This document shows, in pieces, positions 1 through 18,263 of a stretch of 64,000 nucleotides of DNA. Source of the stretch: the human T2T-CHM13v2.0 reference genome, Homo sapiens. The DNA is taken from the NCBI RefSeq assembly GCF_009914755.1, contig NC_060937.1. One strand, written 5' to 3'. The notes below the pieces were generated by a model. That model ran no database searches. It was not told where the DNA came from and worked only from the letters and a program-made list of their open reading frames with translations. A program made the position numbers and the translations under genes. How positions within the stretch are numbered: the first letter of the stretch is position 1; each line of letters begins with the position of its first letter.

Positions 1-836
1 TCTCTCTTGCTTTACTACCCCATTTATTCCAAGAGATTTCAGTTCTTAGGTTATTCCAGCCATTGATTCCATTCCTTTACACAGGCTGTGAAATACTGTC
101 AAAGGTAAATTATGTAACCAGGTGAATTGATGCTACACAAATCTGTGTGATATGAGCACTGCTCATCAGTCTTAAGTATTTCTCTCCCTCCTGTTTCTCT
201 GATCTCTTCAATTCCCCTATGTATTTTATGCCTCGGTTTCCCAGAATATAGAAGCCTTTTTTAGAAACCTTCCTAACATTTCTCTCTACTTTTCTATAAA
301 CTTACTTCCACTTGCACCTGCTGTTATCTCCTTCTCAGTGACAGAAACTTATTCAATATACATTCATTATATTACATCTCTTTTGAGCATTTGTTTTCTA
401 TACCATATATCTTAATTTTTCACATTTTCTCTTTTTTACATGCTAAGCTTTGATTTGTTCTGTAAGTTCTACCTCTACAATAAAAATGTAGGCTTTTTGA
501 GAAGTGAGAGTATTAGTTCTTATGTCACATAGTTCTTTACATATTCTTTAAATATTCTTTACATGTCAACTTGGCATATAGTTGAATTAAATTAAATTTC
601 TTTACCATAGAAACTCCTTGCCTTGCTGTATCTCTTAGATTTTTATGGTTTTTAATAATATGATGTTTTGGCAATTGGTTTAAGCATAAACTGTTGTTTT
701 ATTTTCTTTACATTCATAAATCATGTCTTAAAATATCAAGAAATCCTAGTTCTGACTGGTCCACTTAATGTAATTCCATTCTTCAGCAGCATTAGGTAAT
801 GTTCTTTAATATTGATTGTGATGATGGTTATTATAA

Positions 837-4045
<3,209 letters not shown>

Positions 4046-4502
4046 GAGAGTGTCCCTTTTCCCTTGAGTGGTCTTGGCACCTTTTGGCACCTTTGTTGGA
4101 AATCAATTTACCATATATATGAGGATTTATTTCTGGATTCTAGATTCTATTGTGTTGGTGTATATATCTGTCCTTCTGCAGCAGTACCACACTGTTTCGA
4201 TTATTGTAGCATTAAAGCAAATTTTAAAATCAGGAAGCATGAGTTCTTCAACTTTTTTCTTTTTCAAATTGTTTTGGCTATTCATGGTTCCTTGAGATTC
4301 CACATGAATATTAGGGTGAATTTTCCTATTTTTGCAAAAACACCATTGGGATTTTGATAGGGATTGCATTGACGTTATAGATCACTTTGAGTAGTATTGT
4401 TTTCTTAAAAATATTAAGTCTTCCAATTCAAGCACACACATGCCTCTCCATCTATGTCTTCTTTAATTTATTTCAACAATGTTGTATAGTTTTCAGTGTA
4501 TA
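4046..4502 (-). mobile_element. Inverted internal segment of the same L1 ORF2
   Basis: Minus strand reads TACACTGAAAACTATACAACATTG..., continuing from the + strand breakpoint; ORF LMLPDFKICFNATIIETVWY. Confidence 0.85.
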
Positions 4503-4524
4503 GTAAGTATATACCCAAAGGAAT

Positions 4525-4602
4525 TGAAAGCTGAGGCTCAAACAGATCAGATACTTACACATGTTTGTGTAAGTATCTGATCTGTTTGAGCCTCAGCTTT
4601 CA
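4525..4602. repeat. Perfect inverted repeat: 37-bp arms, 4-nt loop (TGTT)
   Basis: 4525-4561 TGAAAGCTGAGGCTCAAACAGATCAGATACTTACACA is the exact reverse complement of 4566-4602. Confidence 0.97.
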
Positions 4603-4700
4603 GTTTATGATAGTCAAAAGTAGCCTCAGCATTATTTATAGTAGCGAAAAGGTAGAAACAACCTAGGTGTCCATCAACAATGAATAAACAAAACATGGTA

Positions 4701-5000
4701 CAGTAGTCCACCTTTATACAATGTTTTGCTGTCCACGGTTTCAGTTACCCTCAGTAAAGTACAATAAGACATTTTGAGAGAGACAGACCGCATCTACATA
4801 ATTCTATTATAGTATATTGCTTTATTTTATTAGTTATTATTATTAACCTCTTACCATGCCTAAGGTATAAATTGAACTTTATCATAGGTATGTTTGTATA
4901 GGAAAAAAAATAGTATATATAGGGTTCAGTAGTATTTGTAGTTTCAGGTATCCACTGGTGATCTTGGAACATACTCACCACAGATAAGGGGGGACCACAG
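4701..5000 (+). mobile_element. MER44A-like TcMar-Tigger non-autonomous DNA transposon
   Basis: TIR-like ends CAGTAGTCC...GATAAGGGGGGACCACAG, flanked by TA on both sides. Confidence 0.85.
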
Positions 5001-5488
5001 TATATAAATAAAATGGAATATTATTCCACTATACAAAGGAAGTTCTGTTACATGCTACAACATGGAAGGACTTTAAAAACATTAGCTAAGTGAAAGAAGC
5101 CAGACACAAAAGAACAAATACTCCACTTACATGAAGTGTCTAAAATGGGCAAATTTGTAGAGATAGAAAGTAGATCAGAAGTTATTGGGGATTGTGGGGA
5201 AGGGAATTAAGAGTTACTGTTTAATGGTTGCAGAGTGTTTCTGTTTGGTGTCATAAAATGTTTTGGAGATCGTGGTGATGGTTGCACAACATTGTGAATG
5301 TGATAAATGCCACTGAATTGTACACCCAAGAATGGTAAATTTTGGCAAATGTTATGTTGTATATATTTTATCATAATTTTAAAGAATTAATACACTAAAA
5401 CCATTGTATTGTGTCCTTTAAGTAGGTAAATTGTATGGTATATGAAGACTATCTCAGTAATTCAGCTCTTAATAAAAGGATACATACT

Positions 5489-5761
5489 GCCAGGTGCAGT
5501 GGCTCATGCCTGTAATTCCAGCACTTTGGGAGGATGAGACAGGCGGATCGCTTGACCTCAAGAGTTTGAAACTAGCCTGGGCAACATGGCAAAACTCTCT
5601 TTAAAAAAAAATAAAAACTAGCCTGCCATGGCAGTGTGTGCCAGTGGTCCCAGCTACTTGGGAGGCTGAGCCCGGGAAGGGGAGGTTACAGTGAGCTGAG
5701 ATCATGCCACTGCACTTCAATCTGGGTGACAGACTGGGACCCTGTCTGAAAAAAAAAAAAA
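5489..5761 (+). mobile_element. Alu (AluJ-like, partly deleted)
   Basis: Alu sequence with poly(A) tail. Confidence 0.9.
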
Positions 5762-7007
5762 GTTACATACTATATGATTGTATTCATTTAAAGTTCAAAA
5801 ACAGGCTAGATTGACAGTATTAGAAGTCATTATACTTATCTTTATAGAGGAAGGAAGGTAATGTATTCAGAAACATAAATAATAATACCACATGGTAAAT
5901 GCAACACTAAGTGATTCTAGGGTGTTAGGAGAGCATATGGAACAGTCTATCCATGTGGCATTAGCAGAGAGTAAAGAGGTTGGAATGCGCCTCTAAGCAG
6001 ACATGGTGGTGTATACAAAAGCCAGAAGTCTAGCAAATGCAGGGGATACAGGGAAGTCCGTGCTCCTGTGTGAATTTGCTGTAACATGAAATGTTAAGCA
6101 AGGCACGGTGGGAGATGAGTTGGAGAAGCAGAAAAGATCTAGAAAGTAGATAAACTGGGTTAGAATCTTGGATTTAGCATGTAGGTGGAAGGGAGGTAAC
6201 AGGTTTTAAGGAGGGAAGTAATGTGGTTAGATGTGTATTTTATTTAGATCACAGTGGGTGGCCGTGTAGGCAATGGATTTGAAGTTAAGTAACTTGCCCC
6301 AGTAGCAGGGCTGTGATTTAAAGCCAGATCTATCTGATTCCAGTAGGTAGGTTTGCCATCAAATCGAGTAGGAACTGAGGTTTTCTTTGAAGCCATCAGG
6401 CTTCTACTTAGAAAGGAGATTCAAAAAAATGAGACGAGCATAAATTGTTCCCTAGGTGTTTCTTCCTTCATATCTTGCCATCCTGAGATATTTTTAATAG
6501 AAGTATTTAGAAATCCTGGTTTTGGTTATTTATTTTAGAAAAGAATTTGATTTCTTTTTAATGGACAAAAAGGGATTAGTAGAATTTTTTTTACTCTCTG
6601 TTTAGTCGAAGCCTGATTCTTCAAACACTAGATCAAAAATCGCTTCTCAGGTACTAAATTTGCAAGCAAGTGTAAGTATTATGATAAAAGATTATAGCAA
6701 AAGTAATGATCCTTTAAGTTTAAAGTAGAATGCAGTGGTTTTAACCAAACAGGTTAAGTGGTTCTCATATGAATATCTAAATAAAGGTATGAACTAGAGG
6801 AACTTTGAAGAACACTTAAATTTATATGTCCTGATATAAATATGACAAGCAATACTGAGGGAAATTATATATCTGCTGTTCTCAATAATAAAAATTATCT
6901 AACAAAAGGTCAAAAAGTAATTGTAAAATAGTAGATACATAGCTTTATAAAACTGAGCATCACAGATTTTTTTATCTCTAATTTCATCTCATTTATTTAT
7001 TTTATAG

Positions 7008-7060
7008 GCCTACACAAGTGAAATGGCAGCTGATGGTAGCTAGTTGTTTCAGAAGAAGTG
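7008..7060 (+). CDS. IFT88: IFT88 coding exon (PTQVKWQLMVASCFRRS), TPR region
   Basis: tttatag acceptor and G|gtaaat donor; phase joins the next exon to give ...FRRSGNYQKALD. Confidence 0.95.
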
Positions 7061-8283
7061 GTAAATGCTTTAGTTTTATTCATTTTATAGATATTTTGCT
7101 TCTTTCCTTTTAGGTAATTATGCATATAAATGTGATCCAGTTGCATATCTGTTTATTAAAATACTAACTTTTTATAACTGTACATAATTCAAAGCATTGT
7201 ATGAAAAACACAATAATTACTACATACAAAAAAGTTATGCTTACAAAATGGGTATTAATCATGTATTCCAATACTTGTCTTAAAAACAGATTTGTTATTT
7301 CTCAAAGTTAACATGTAATCATTTTCACAAGTTAGCCACAGAAAAAAATAGGCATACTGTATACATTATATTTCCATTTTCTACTCAGTTAATTCTAAAT
7401 GTCCTGTGTGCTCGGCCAAATTTATGACACTTGAGAAGCCTGAGAAAAGCTCACACTGAGACAAGTGTGACTATATGTTTTTTATACCAAAGATCACTGG
7501 CTATCTTGGTTTGTGTTTTTGTTACTGCTTTTATTAAATTCTTGCTGATGACACATATCCTGAAGGATAGAGATGCTATTAGTTTTAGGCTAACTGTGAA
7601 GTGAATAATATGCATAAAATATCAAAGATCAAGCTGGGAGAGAAATGTGAACAAATTTATAATCCCTCTTGTAGAGCATAAAAATGACCCAGGAAAAGAA
7701 AGTATTCAATCTAAGGGAAGAGGGAAGCACAAGTTTTGAAAGTGTTGGCAGTTTGTTCTCACCCAGTTTCGGGGGAGGTTTCCTTCTTTATCTCTGTGAG
7801 CACCTTCAGAATGGCATCAGAAATGTTTTAATACATAACTCAGTGTATTCCTCAAATCATTTTAGGGGGGATCTGTAATTCCTATTGAATGTACAACATG
7901 ACTATACTATATACATTCAATTTATATCAACATGAGTTCTCAATTGCCTATGTTCATTTCAACGTCAGTCATATAGAAAGTATATATATACATATGAACT
8001 ATTCTAAATGATTTAAAGACATAGCCTGCTTCAGTTATGGAAGTACAGGATAGAAGCAGCAGCTAGCATTGAGAACTGGCTTTGGGTCAGATGCTTCCTG
8101 TCTCTATTTCATCCCTCTTGTAGAGAGAGGCCCAGAGAGATTTATAACTCATTTGCTAAGATTTTAGGAAAGATCTTTGACCCAAATTCGTTTTTCCTAT
8201 TTTGGCTGCTACATGAAGCTAAATTATTTTGTTATAAAATAAATTGCTTTCTATAAACTTTCTAATGTTTAAAAAACTGTAAA

Positions 8284-8596
8284 GGCCGGACACAGTGGCT
8301 CACGCCTGTAATTCCAGCACTTTGGGAGGCTGAGGCTGGCAGATCACGAGGTCAAGAGATCGAGACCATCCTGGCCAACATGGTGAAACCCCATCTCTAC
8401 TAATAATACAAAAATTAGCTGGGCTTGGTGGTGCACGCCTGTAGTCCCATCTACTCGGGAGGCTGAGGCAGGAGAATCACGTGAAGCCAGGAGGCGAAGG
8501 TTGGAGGTTGCAGTGAGCCGAGATTGCGCCACTGCACTCACTCCAGCCTGGTGACAGAACAAGACTCCATCTCAAAAAAAAAAAAACAAAAAAAAC
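8284..8596 (+). mobile_element. Alu (AluS-like)
   Basis: Full dimer with A tail. Confidence 0.95.
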
Positions 8597-8601
8597 CACA
8601 C

Positions 8602-8947
<346 letters not shown>

Positions 8948-9092
8948 TAAATATTTTCCAACTAAATGAATGACATTGACATTACTGTAAGTATATAACT
9001 TAGATTATTTTTAAATTTGTCAGTTCATCTGGAATAATCTTTTTTAGAAAATTGAATGGATCTTAATTTTTGCCACTAAAATATTTAAAGTG

Positions 9093-9278
9093 AACCAGGC
9101 TCAGCAATGTGCGTCTATAGTCCCAGCTACTCTGGAGGCTAAGACACGAGGATTGTTTCAGCTCAGGAGTTTATAGGCTGTAGTACTTAATGGTTGTGCC
9201 TGTGAATAGCCACTGTACTCCAGCCTGGGCAACAGAGTGAGACCTCGTCTCTTTAAAAAAAAAAAAAAAAAAAAAAAA
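9093..9278 (+). mobile_element. Alu monomer (FAM/FRAM-like)
   Basis: Monomeric Alu-like sequence with poly(A). Confidence 0.8.
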
Positions 9279-9506
9279 GGAAGAAGCTAAATTTCAGCTA
9301 TCACCCATTTACTTCTGCTTTCAGCCTTATTTCAAATTTATTTTATCTATACATTTTCTTCTAAAAGTTATATTAAGTGGTATATAAAACATGAAACCTT
9401 TCTATTAAACCATTAAATAGCCAGTATATCAGTTAAAATTAATATTTTTCTGAATCCTGTTAGTTTCTATAATTTGCTAATATATTTTTCTCTTGTTTGT
9501 TTATAG

Positions 9507-9572
9507 GTAACTACCAAAAAGCATTAGATACTTACAAAGATACTCACAGAAAATTTCCAGAAAATGTCGAAT
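9507..9572 (+). CDS. IFT88: IFT88 coding exon (GNYQKALDTYKDTHRKFPENVE)
   Basis: ttatag acceptor, T|gtaagt donor, 66 nt, phases consistent with both neighbours. Confidence 0.96.
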
Positions 9573-10010
9573 GTAAGTGGCATTACATAATGTAACTTTG
9601 AAGTGATAAGTTCTCATATTTTATGTTCTAATATATAATTACCTTTGCTACAGTAATTGTATACGTAAATACCAACCTATAATTTGTGATACATATTTTA
9701 AATATTTTTATAGCATCAGAAAATTTGACTATGCAAGTACATATTTTTATGTAACTAATTGTTGATGGATTTAAATATACCACAGAATTTTCTTTAATAC
9801 TAAAAAAATACATATTTCAGAGTTCTATAGAATTTTAAGAAAGCATTTTGGCCTATGGTTGATTTTTCAAAGTTTGTAAACCTGTGGTATTTTATAGGAA
9901 AGACATTTTTAACTGTCCATTTTAGTAAACAACTTCTAAAGGTTGAGAAAATAATTTTAGGGTTTATAAAAATTGAACATTAATAATCTTGCTGATACAA
10001 TAGCAAATAA

Positions 10011-10297
<287 letters not shown>

Positions 10298-10787
10298 GCA
10301 AATAATTTTTAATGTTACTTCAATTTTAAAACATTATGTTAATATGCTGCGTACTCAGTTGTAAAGTTATCTTTGTAGAAGATATTCATTTATTTACTAT
10401 CTTGTTGCACAGTGGATTGATGCAACTTACAGTAATAATGTGAAGTATTATGGCAGTAACAACAAAATCAAGAAAAACATAAAGTAAGCACAGTCATATG
10501 CCACATGTTCTCACTAAACTATAAATTTGTCCCTGAATAGCCTTGCAGCCAAAGGAAAGAGAAAAGTTACAAGCAGTTGTACAATTTTTACTGTTTTATG
10601 TGGAAATATAAAGCAATTTATTGGGAAGAAGAAGTATCTCTTCAACTCTTAATTCACTTCTGTTTAGACATTGAGAGATACAGTAGATAAAATCATTGAA
10701 AGACACAGTAGATACTTTCTTAAATAACATCCCTATAGCAAATAAAATAATATGCTGGAAACGACCATGTTAAAATTTGTTCTTCAA

Positions 10788-10907
10788 GGCTGGGCACAGT
10801 GGCTCACGCCTGTAATCCCAGCACTTTGGGAGGCTGAGGTGGGCAGATCACCTGAGGTCAGGAGTTGAAGACCAGCCTGGCCAATAGAGCGAGATTCTGT
10901 CTCAAAA

Positions 10908-10938
<31 letters not shown>

Positions 10939-10939
10939 A
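10788..10939 (+). mobile_element. Internally deleted Alu (left-arm start fused to right-arm end) with (TAAA)n tail
   Basis: CCAGCCTGGCCAA joins directly to AGAGCGAGATTCTGTCTC. Confidence 0.85.
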
Positions 10940-11240
10940 TTTGTTCTTCAATGACAATGAACACAAAAGAATGCATTACAATTTAGTAAAAACAAATCTT
11001 TTCTGAGCCAAGTTTTCTAATGGCCAAGGATTAGATGTACTACGTGTTTCTTCATTAATATATTTCTCCATTTGGCTTTCTAAAAAAGCTCAACAGCAGT
11101 TAGCTCAGTTATGGTCTTTGGTAGGAGTGTAGGAGCAGGGTGTTCTCCAATGCTGATTAGAAGTAGACTCATTAACTTAACAGCAGTAGTTTTCACAAAT
11201 ACCAGTCAGGAAATAGGCTACATGGGAATTAATTCTAGAA

Positions 11241-11522
<282 letters not shown>

Positions 11523-11741
11523 TAGAACTTTTTTAAAGTACAAATTTCTAGCCCTACCTAGAAAGATTTTCATTTAGATTTACAGTGGATGCAGGCGTCT
11601 GTTTTTTCCTATTTCTGTTTAAAGAACTTTCTATGTGATTCTTAATCTCAGTCACATTAGAGAACTAGTGCTTTAGAGATTAAATGAGAGATAGCAGTAA
11701 TAACTTTTCTTGAAAGTGGAACAACCCAAAAGTCTGCTAGG

Positions 11742-11962
11742 CAAGAGTTTCTCGGCCTTGGCACCTTTGACATTTGGGATTGTGCAATTCCACATTGTGG
11801 GAGGCCATCCAGGGGATTATGGAATGTTTGGTAAAATCCCTGGCCTCTGTCCAATAGATTAGCTAGTAGCTCTCTCACCCCTAGATATGAAAACCAGAAA
11901 TGTCTCTAGACATTGCCAGTGTCCCTTGGGGGTGCAAAATTGATGCCAGTTGAGAACTCTTG
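11742..11962. mobile_element. MER20-like hAT-Charlie element
   Basis: ...AAATGTCTCTAGACATTGCCAGTGTCCCTTGGGGGTGCAAAATTG...GTTGAGAAC MER20 signature. Confidence 0.8.
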
Positions 11963-12353
11963 AAGTAACCATAGCACCTCTGCACCGGACCGGAAAAGCG
12001 AATGTCTTCAAGGAAGGCCAGGTTTTTTTCTTTAGAGTATGAGTCACTCTAAGAATCAAATGAATGATTGTCTATGCCATAGAGGGTGTCTAAGATAACT
12101 TTGGCCTATTTAATTTTCAAAACAAATGTAATCAATAGTCTACCTTAACTGTAGTTGTAGAAAAAACATTTACACCCATGGAATGTGCTGTTTTAAGAAG
12201 ACTAGTTTTCTGGATAAAACTAGCAGGATAATTTAGTTTTAAAACATATTCTTCACCAAAAATTGACCTGCTTTACAGAGTTACAGATGATGTACTAAAT
12301 TTCAGAGAACATCCACCAAAAATAATGATTTTTACTTTACATTAAGTGTTTCT

Positions 12354-12644
<291 letters not shown>

Positions 12645-12743
12645 CTAAGCCAATCTTTATTTGCAGAAAGTACAAATTACCTTCTTATTCTGAATTATTA
12701 ATATAAATGTATATGCAAATGCAATTTTTATAGTAATGTGTGA

Positions 12744-13082
<339 letters not shown>

Positions 13083-13129
13083 TACTTTAATGGTCTTAAA
13101 TTGCTGGTATATTTACAAATTATTGTGGA

Positions 13130-14500
13130 GTGGAGTGACTATTCTGTTCCAGACGTTGTTCTAGCACTGTGGATGTAGCAGAAAACAAAAGAGACCAAAA
13201 TCCTTGATGTCGTGGAACTTGTTTCTAGTGGGAAAAGACAATAAACAAATAATGTCAGTAGTTATAAGTGCTATGAAGGCAAAACAGGTAAGGAGCTAGA
13301 GAATGTGGGAGGGGCTGGTATTTGAGACAGGGTTGTCATGGAACGGCTTTCTGTTAAATTAGCATTTGAGCAGAGACCTGAAAGAATAGACAGAAGCAAG
13401 CCATGACGATATGGAGGTCAATGTGGTTGAAGCACAGTGGACGATGTGATGGGGAGAGAGAGGCAGAGTGGGTGGGCCAGGACCTGTGGATCCTCACAGG
13501 CCTTAGGTCAGGGCTTCAAATTATATTTCTGGGGAGATGATGAGCCATTGGAGGATTTTGTGTGGAAGAATAATACAATTTGACATATGTTTTCAAAAGG
13601 TTCTAAAGTGTGATTAACTCAAGCTTCTGTACCTGAGGTCCAAATCAAAAGATTGTTTTGGCTGCTGTATGGAGAATAAGCTGGAGTGGGCAGTACCGAA
13701 ATGCAAAATCACAGTATTCACTTGGACTAATGATTTAGCAGTGGAGGTGGGCAGGATGGATTCTGAATATGTATCAAAGGTATCAGTGCCAGCACTTGCT
13801 GGCCATTTAGATGTGAGACTTGAGGGAGAGAGTGTCAAGGGTAATTGCACAAATATAGCTCTGGGAGCTGGAAGGATGCCATCCACTGAGATGTAGGAAA
13901 CTGGGGAAGAAGCAGCTTTTGGAGGGAAAAATCAAAACCTTTTTTTAGATATGTTGTGTTTGAGCTACCTTTTCGATGTCCAAGAGGATGTATTAAATAG
14001 GCACTTAGGGAGAAGTTGGGGGCCATCTTCATATAAATTTATTTCAGTATATTTAGCACATATTTTTGTGCTCTGTTATTATATATATTATCAGTAATAC
14101 TTTTGAAAAAATGGAGTGTTCACTAGCTTTAAGACTTTCCTGTTTCTTTATCCATTCATTTGTTCCCCAGAACTTTTACCAACTATTTTTTATGTGCTGG
14201 GGATACAACAGATATATCAACTTGATTTCTGCCTCCTAGGACTCACAAATAGTTAACTGATATAGGTTAATAAATGAGATAACTGAAAAATGTGCAAAGT
14301 GCTGTCAAAATACAGAGGATCTCTTAACTCTGCCCAAACTAGGGGACGATTGACATAATTAGGTTTTACAGAGGAAGTAACATTTGAAGTGGCCTTGAAG
14401 GGTACGGAGGGTTTTACCAGGAAGGAAAGGCAGGAACAGGCACTGCAGGTAGACAGTAGCATTAGTAAGGGCAGAGTTAGAGGGATGCAGAGTCTATTTC
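13130..14500 (-). mobile_element. L2 LINE remnants
   Basis: Typical L2 motifs (GATGAGCCATTGGAGGATTTTG, GATGCCATCCACTGAGATG, TTTTTAGATATGTTGTGTTTGAG). Confidence 0.65.
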
Positions 14501-14594
14501 AAAAGGTAGTCTATTGTGGAAAATGTAGCAGATTGAAGATGTGTTTTCTTATACTACAAACCAAAAAAAGACAGTTTATAAAAACTATAAATGC

Positions 14595-14890
<296 letters not shown>

Positions 14891-15237
14891 TTATAAATGT
14901 ACAAGAACAAAGAGATAATTAAATTTTAGGAATGTTTTCTGCTTAGCAGATTAGAAGAACTGCAGAGGTATGTAGGTAGTGGAGACGTCAGCAGAAGCAA
15001 AACAATTCTTGACATAGAACCCCAGGAAATCCCGGGAATTGGAGGCATCAGAAAATGGGAGGGGTGCTGGCTGCTTCTGAAAACAGGAGGGTTGGCTGCA
15101 AGTCTGGATGTGATACAGCTAGATTTTCAAATGCCCTACCTAAATCGTACAGCAGGAATTTAGGCAGAATGCAATGATGTTGTTGGTGGATGATGTCGGG
15201 AGATGTATTTGAAAGATATTTAATAGAGCCAAAATGA

Positions 15238-15705
<468 letters not shown>

Positions 15706-16403
15706 TAACTTTTATTTTTTGTTTTTTACCTTTGTATGTTTTACAAATTCTCTATAATGACCTGCATTGCAGTTGTATTGAAGGAAAATATTATTTTTAA
15801 ATGAGATAATAAAAATATTTTAAAGTAATTTAGACCACAAATGGCAAAGGCCATTCTTACAAATGTAAAGACAAAATTATTGTGTTTTTTAGCATCTATT
15901 GCATGTTTTTAAAATGTTGCTAATTTTAGAAACACAAGCTTGAATGAAAAAGCAAATTCCAGGAGACTGTATACAGAACAATACCATTTTTATAAGACCC
16001 AATAGCAAGCAGAACTAAACAATATGTCATCTGGTGATATGTATAAAGTGATCGAAGATTTTGTTGTTGTTATTGTATACAAGACATGATTAACACAAAA
16101 CTTTTTATTGTGATTATTTTGTATATATTTGATGTCAACTGTAAGACCAGCCACTGTAAAATACATCTTTTTTATCTTCCTAGTGCTTTGCACAGTGTGA
16201 ATAATACTTACTTTAAAAATGAATTTACTGACAGTAATAACATTAGTAATGATTATTATATGTATAAACTGTCTACACTTTTTAGCCTAGTCTCTCTTAT
16301 AGCTCTTTATATGTATTTATGAAACTGCTATAGAACATTAACAAATGTTACATTTGCCTTCTAAGTTCTCTGCCAGCAGTGTCCTGTGCCATGTTCCTTC
16401 TAG

Positions 16404-16527
16404 GTTCTGGCAGCGTGAGGACAGGACACATGGAGAGAGACCCTTTAAACCTCCTTCCAAGGAAGTCAGTTCTCCCTGGTCCAGAGATTGCAAAGTGTAA
16501 TTATTTTTCAGGAGAAAAATACTATTT
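16404..16527 (+). CDS. IFT88: Probable alternative frameshifting IFT88 exon, 124 nt
   Basis: ttccttctag acceptor and TT|gtaagc donor; open in incoming phase (C-SGSVRTGHMERDPLNLLPRKSVLPGPEIAKCNYFSGEKYY). Confidence 0.65.
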
Positions 16528-16638
16528 GTAAGCATCATTCCTACCTGTATCCCAAAAGACTGAGTTCACTGATTTATTGAGCTTTTAACAAATATACTGT
16601 GCCTATATTCTTTCCTAAATGTATATTTTACAATTTAG

Positions 16639-16745
16639 GTCTGCGTTTCTTAGTTCGTCTCTGCACAGATCTTGGATTAAAAGATGCTCAAGAATATGCC
16701 AGAAAACTGAAGAGGTTGGAAAAAATGAAAGAAATAAGGGAACAG
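16639..16745 (+). CDS. IFT88: IFT88 coding exon (CLRFLVRLCTDLGLKDAQEYARKLKRLEKMKEIREQ)
   Basis: tttag acceptor, CAG|gtatct donor, 107 nt. Confidence 0.96.
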
Positions 16746-17938
16746 GTATCTCATATGGGCCCCAAACTGCAGTCTGTTAATTTTTAGAATGTCAGCCTTC
16801 TATAGCTCAAATGTGTGATGTTAGGAGCTTCTATAAGAAAACAGAGTTGAAATTTTTTTCTGCTCTGACATAATAGGAGGAATAACTAAAACTCTAGTTT
16901 GAGGATAAAATTCTGGCAAAAGTGGATTCCCAGGGAGAGGAAGTGCAATAGATTTCATATTATCTTAGTGGATAGCTACTAACAGACAAATAATTATAAT
17001 TTTCCACAACATGAAATAGCTTACAGGTTAATTTGAAGACATAATTTTAATTGGAAAGTCCTGTGGACCATGAGAGACAGTTACTTCTCTGCAACAATGG
17101 AATCTGTGAGTGTGTGCTTTAACAAGTTTTCTAGGTGATTTTTATTGTCGCCAAAGTTTGAGAAGCACTCAGGCTTTATGCTCCTTGAAGGGTTACCTTG
17201 ATCAAATACCAACTCAGGATATAGAAGCTAATTTAAGAGGTGAAAAAGTAGACATAAAATATATCAGGCAGTGGATTTTCTTAAATTGTTTTAAAATGGA
17301 AAAAGATTTGTATAAACTTAAGAGAGGAACATAAACCAATTCAGGTTTATGTGGGTCAGGGTAATTTCTCTTGCTGATTCCCTAACTCCTGTTTTAAAAT
17401 GTTAAAACTAGAAGTTTTATCTAAAATGATTTTTCAGAGAAACTAGTCCTCTTTCTGGAACTATTATGGAAAGGAAGACTGTTCTCTTTTTTGTGCTTGG
17501 GGGAATCCACATTTTTGGGTAAGAAGAAAACATTGTACATTGTACATTGTACATTCATTAGTGCCAGCAAGAAGCAATTGTGGCACTGGGTTGTTGGCCA
17601 GGCAAGACAGACTCACTCTCAGCCCTCCATTCCTGAACACTGTGAGCCCCATAATGGTGTGGACCAGCCCCTGGAAACTGTAAGCCATGTAGCAGTGCTG
17701 TTTTTTAAAAGATGTTTTGCTTTTCTGCTTCACTGAACATGAAAAACATTAGCAGACAAACAAAGAGGTCTGTCAAAGCAAGAGTGTATGTTTGGAATAG
17801 AGCAAAATGGGAAGAGCAGGGCTTGAGGAATGAATATTTTAAATATGAAAAAGGAAGAGAAAAACAGCCAAAACACCAAAAAGGTTGGAGAATAAAGGTA
17901 AACTATTAAGAAGAAAAAGAAAATAAAGAAATAATAGA

Positions 17939-18263
<325 letters not shown>

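Larger units (their letters stand above)
4503..5480 (+). mobile_element. L1MB-like 3' end/UTR, interrupted by MER44A
   Basis: ATATACCCAAAGGAATTGAAAGC...ACATGCTACAACATGGA...GGTGATGGTTGCACAACATTGTGAATG are L1MB 3' motifs. Confidence 0.85.

Noticed and set aside
787-795. Possible 9-nt in-frame microexon (ttcttcag|CAGCATTAG|gtaatg)
   Set aside because: Short pyrimidine tract, no upstream UGC motif, and such a match is expected by chance in 64 kb; needs read evidence
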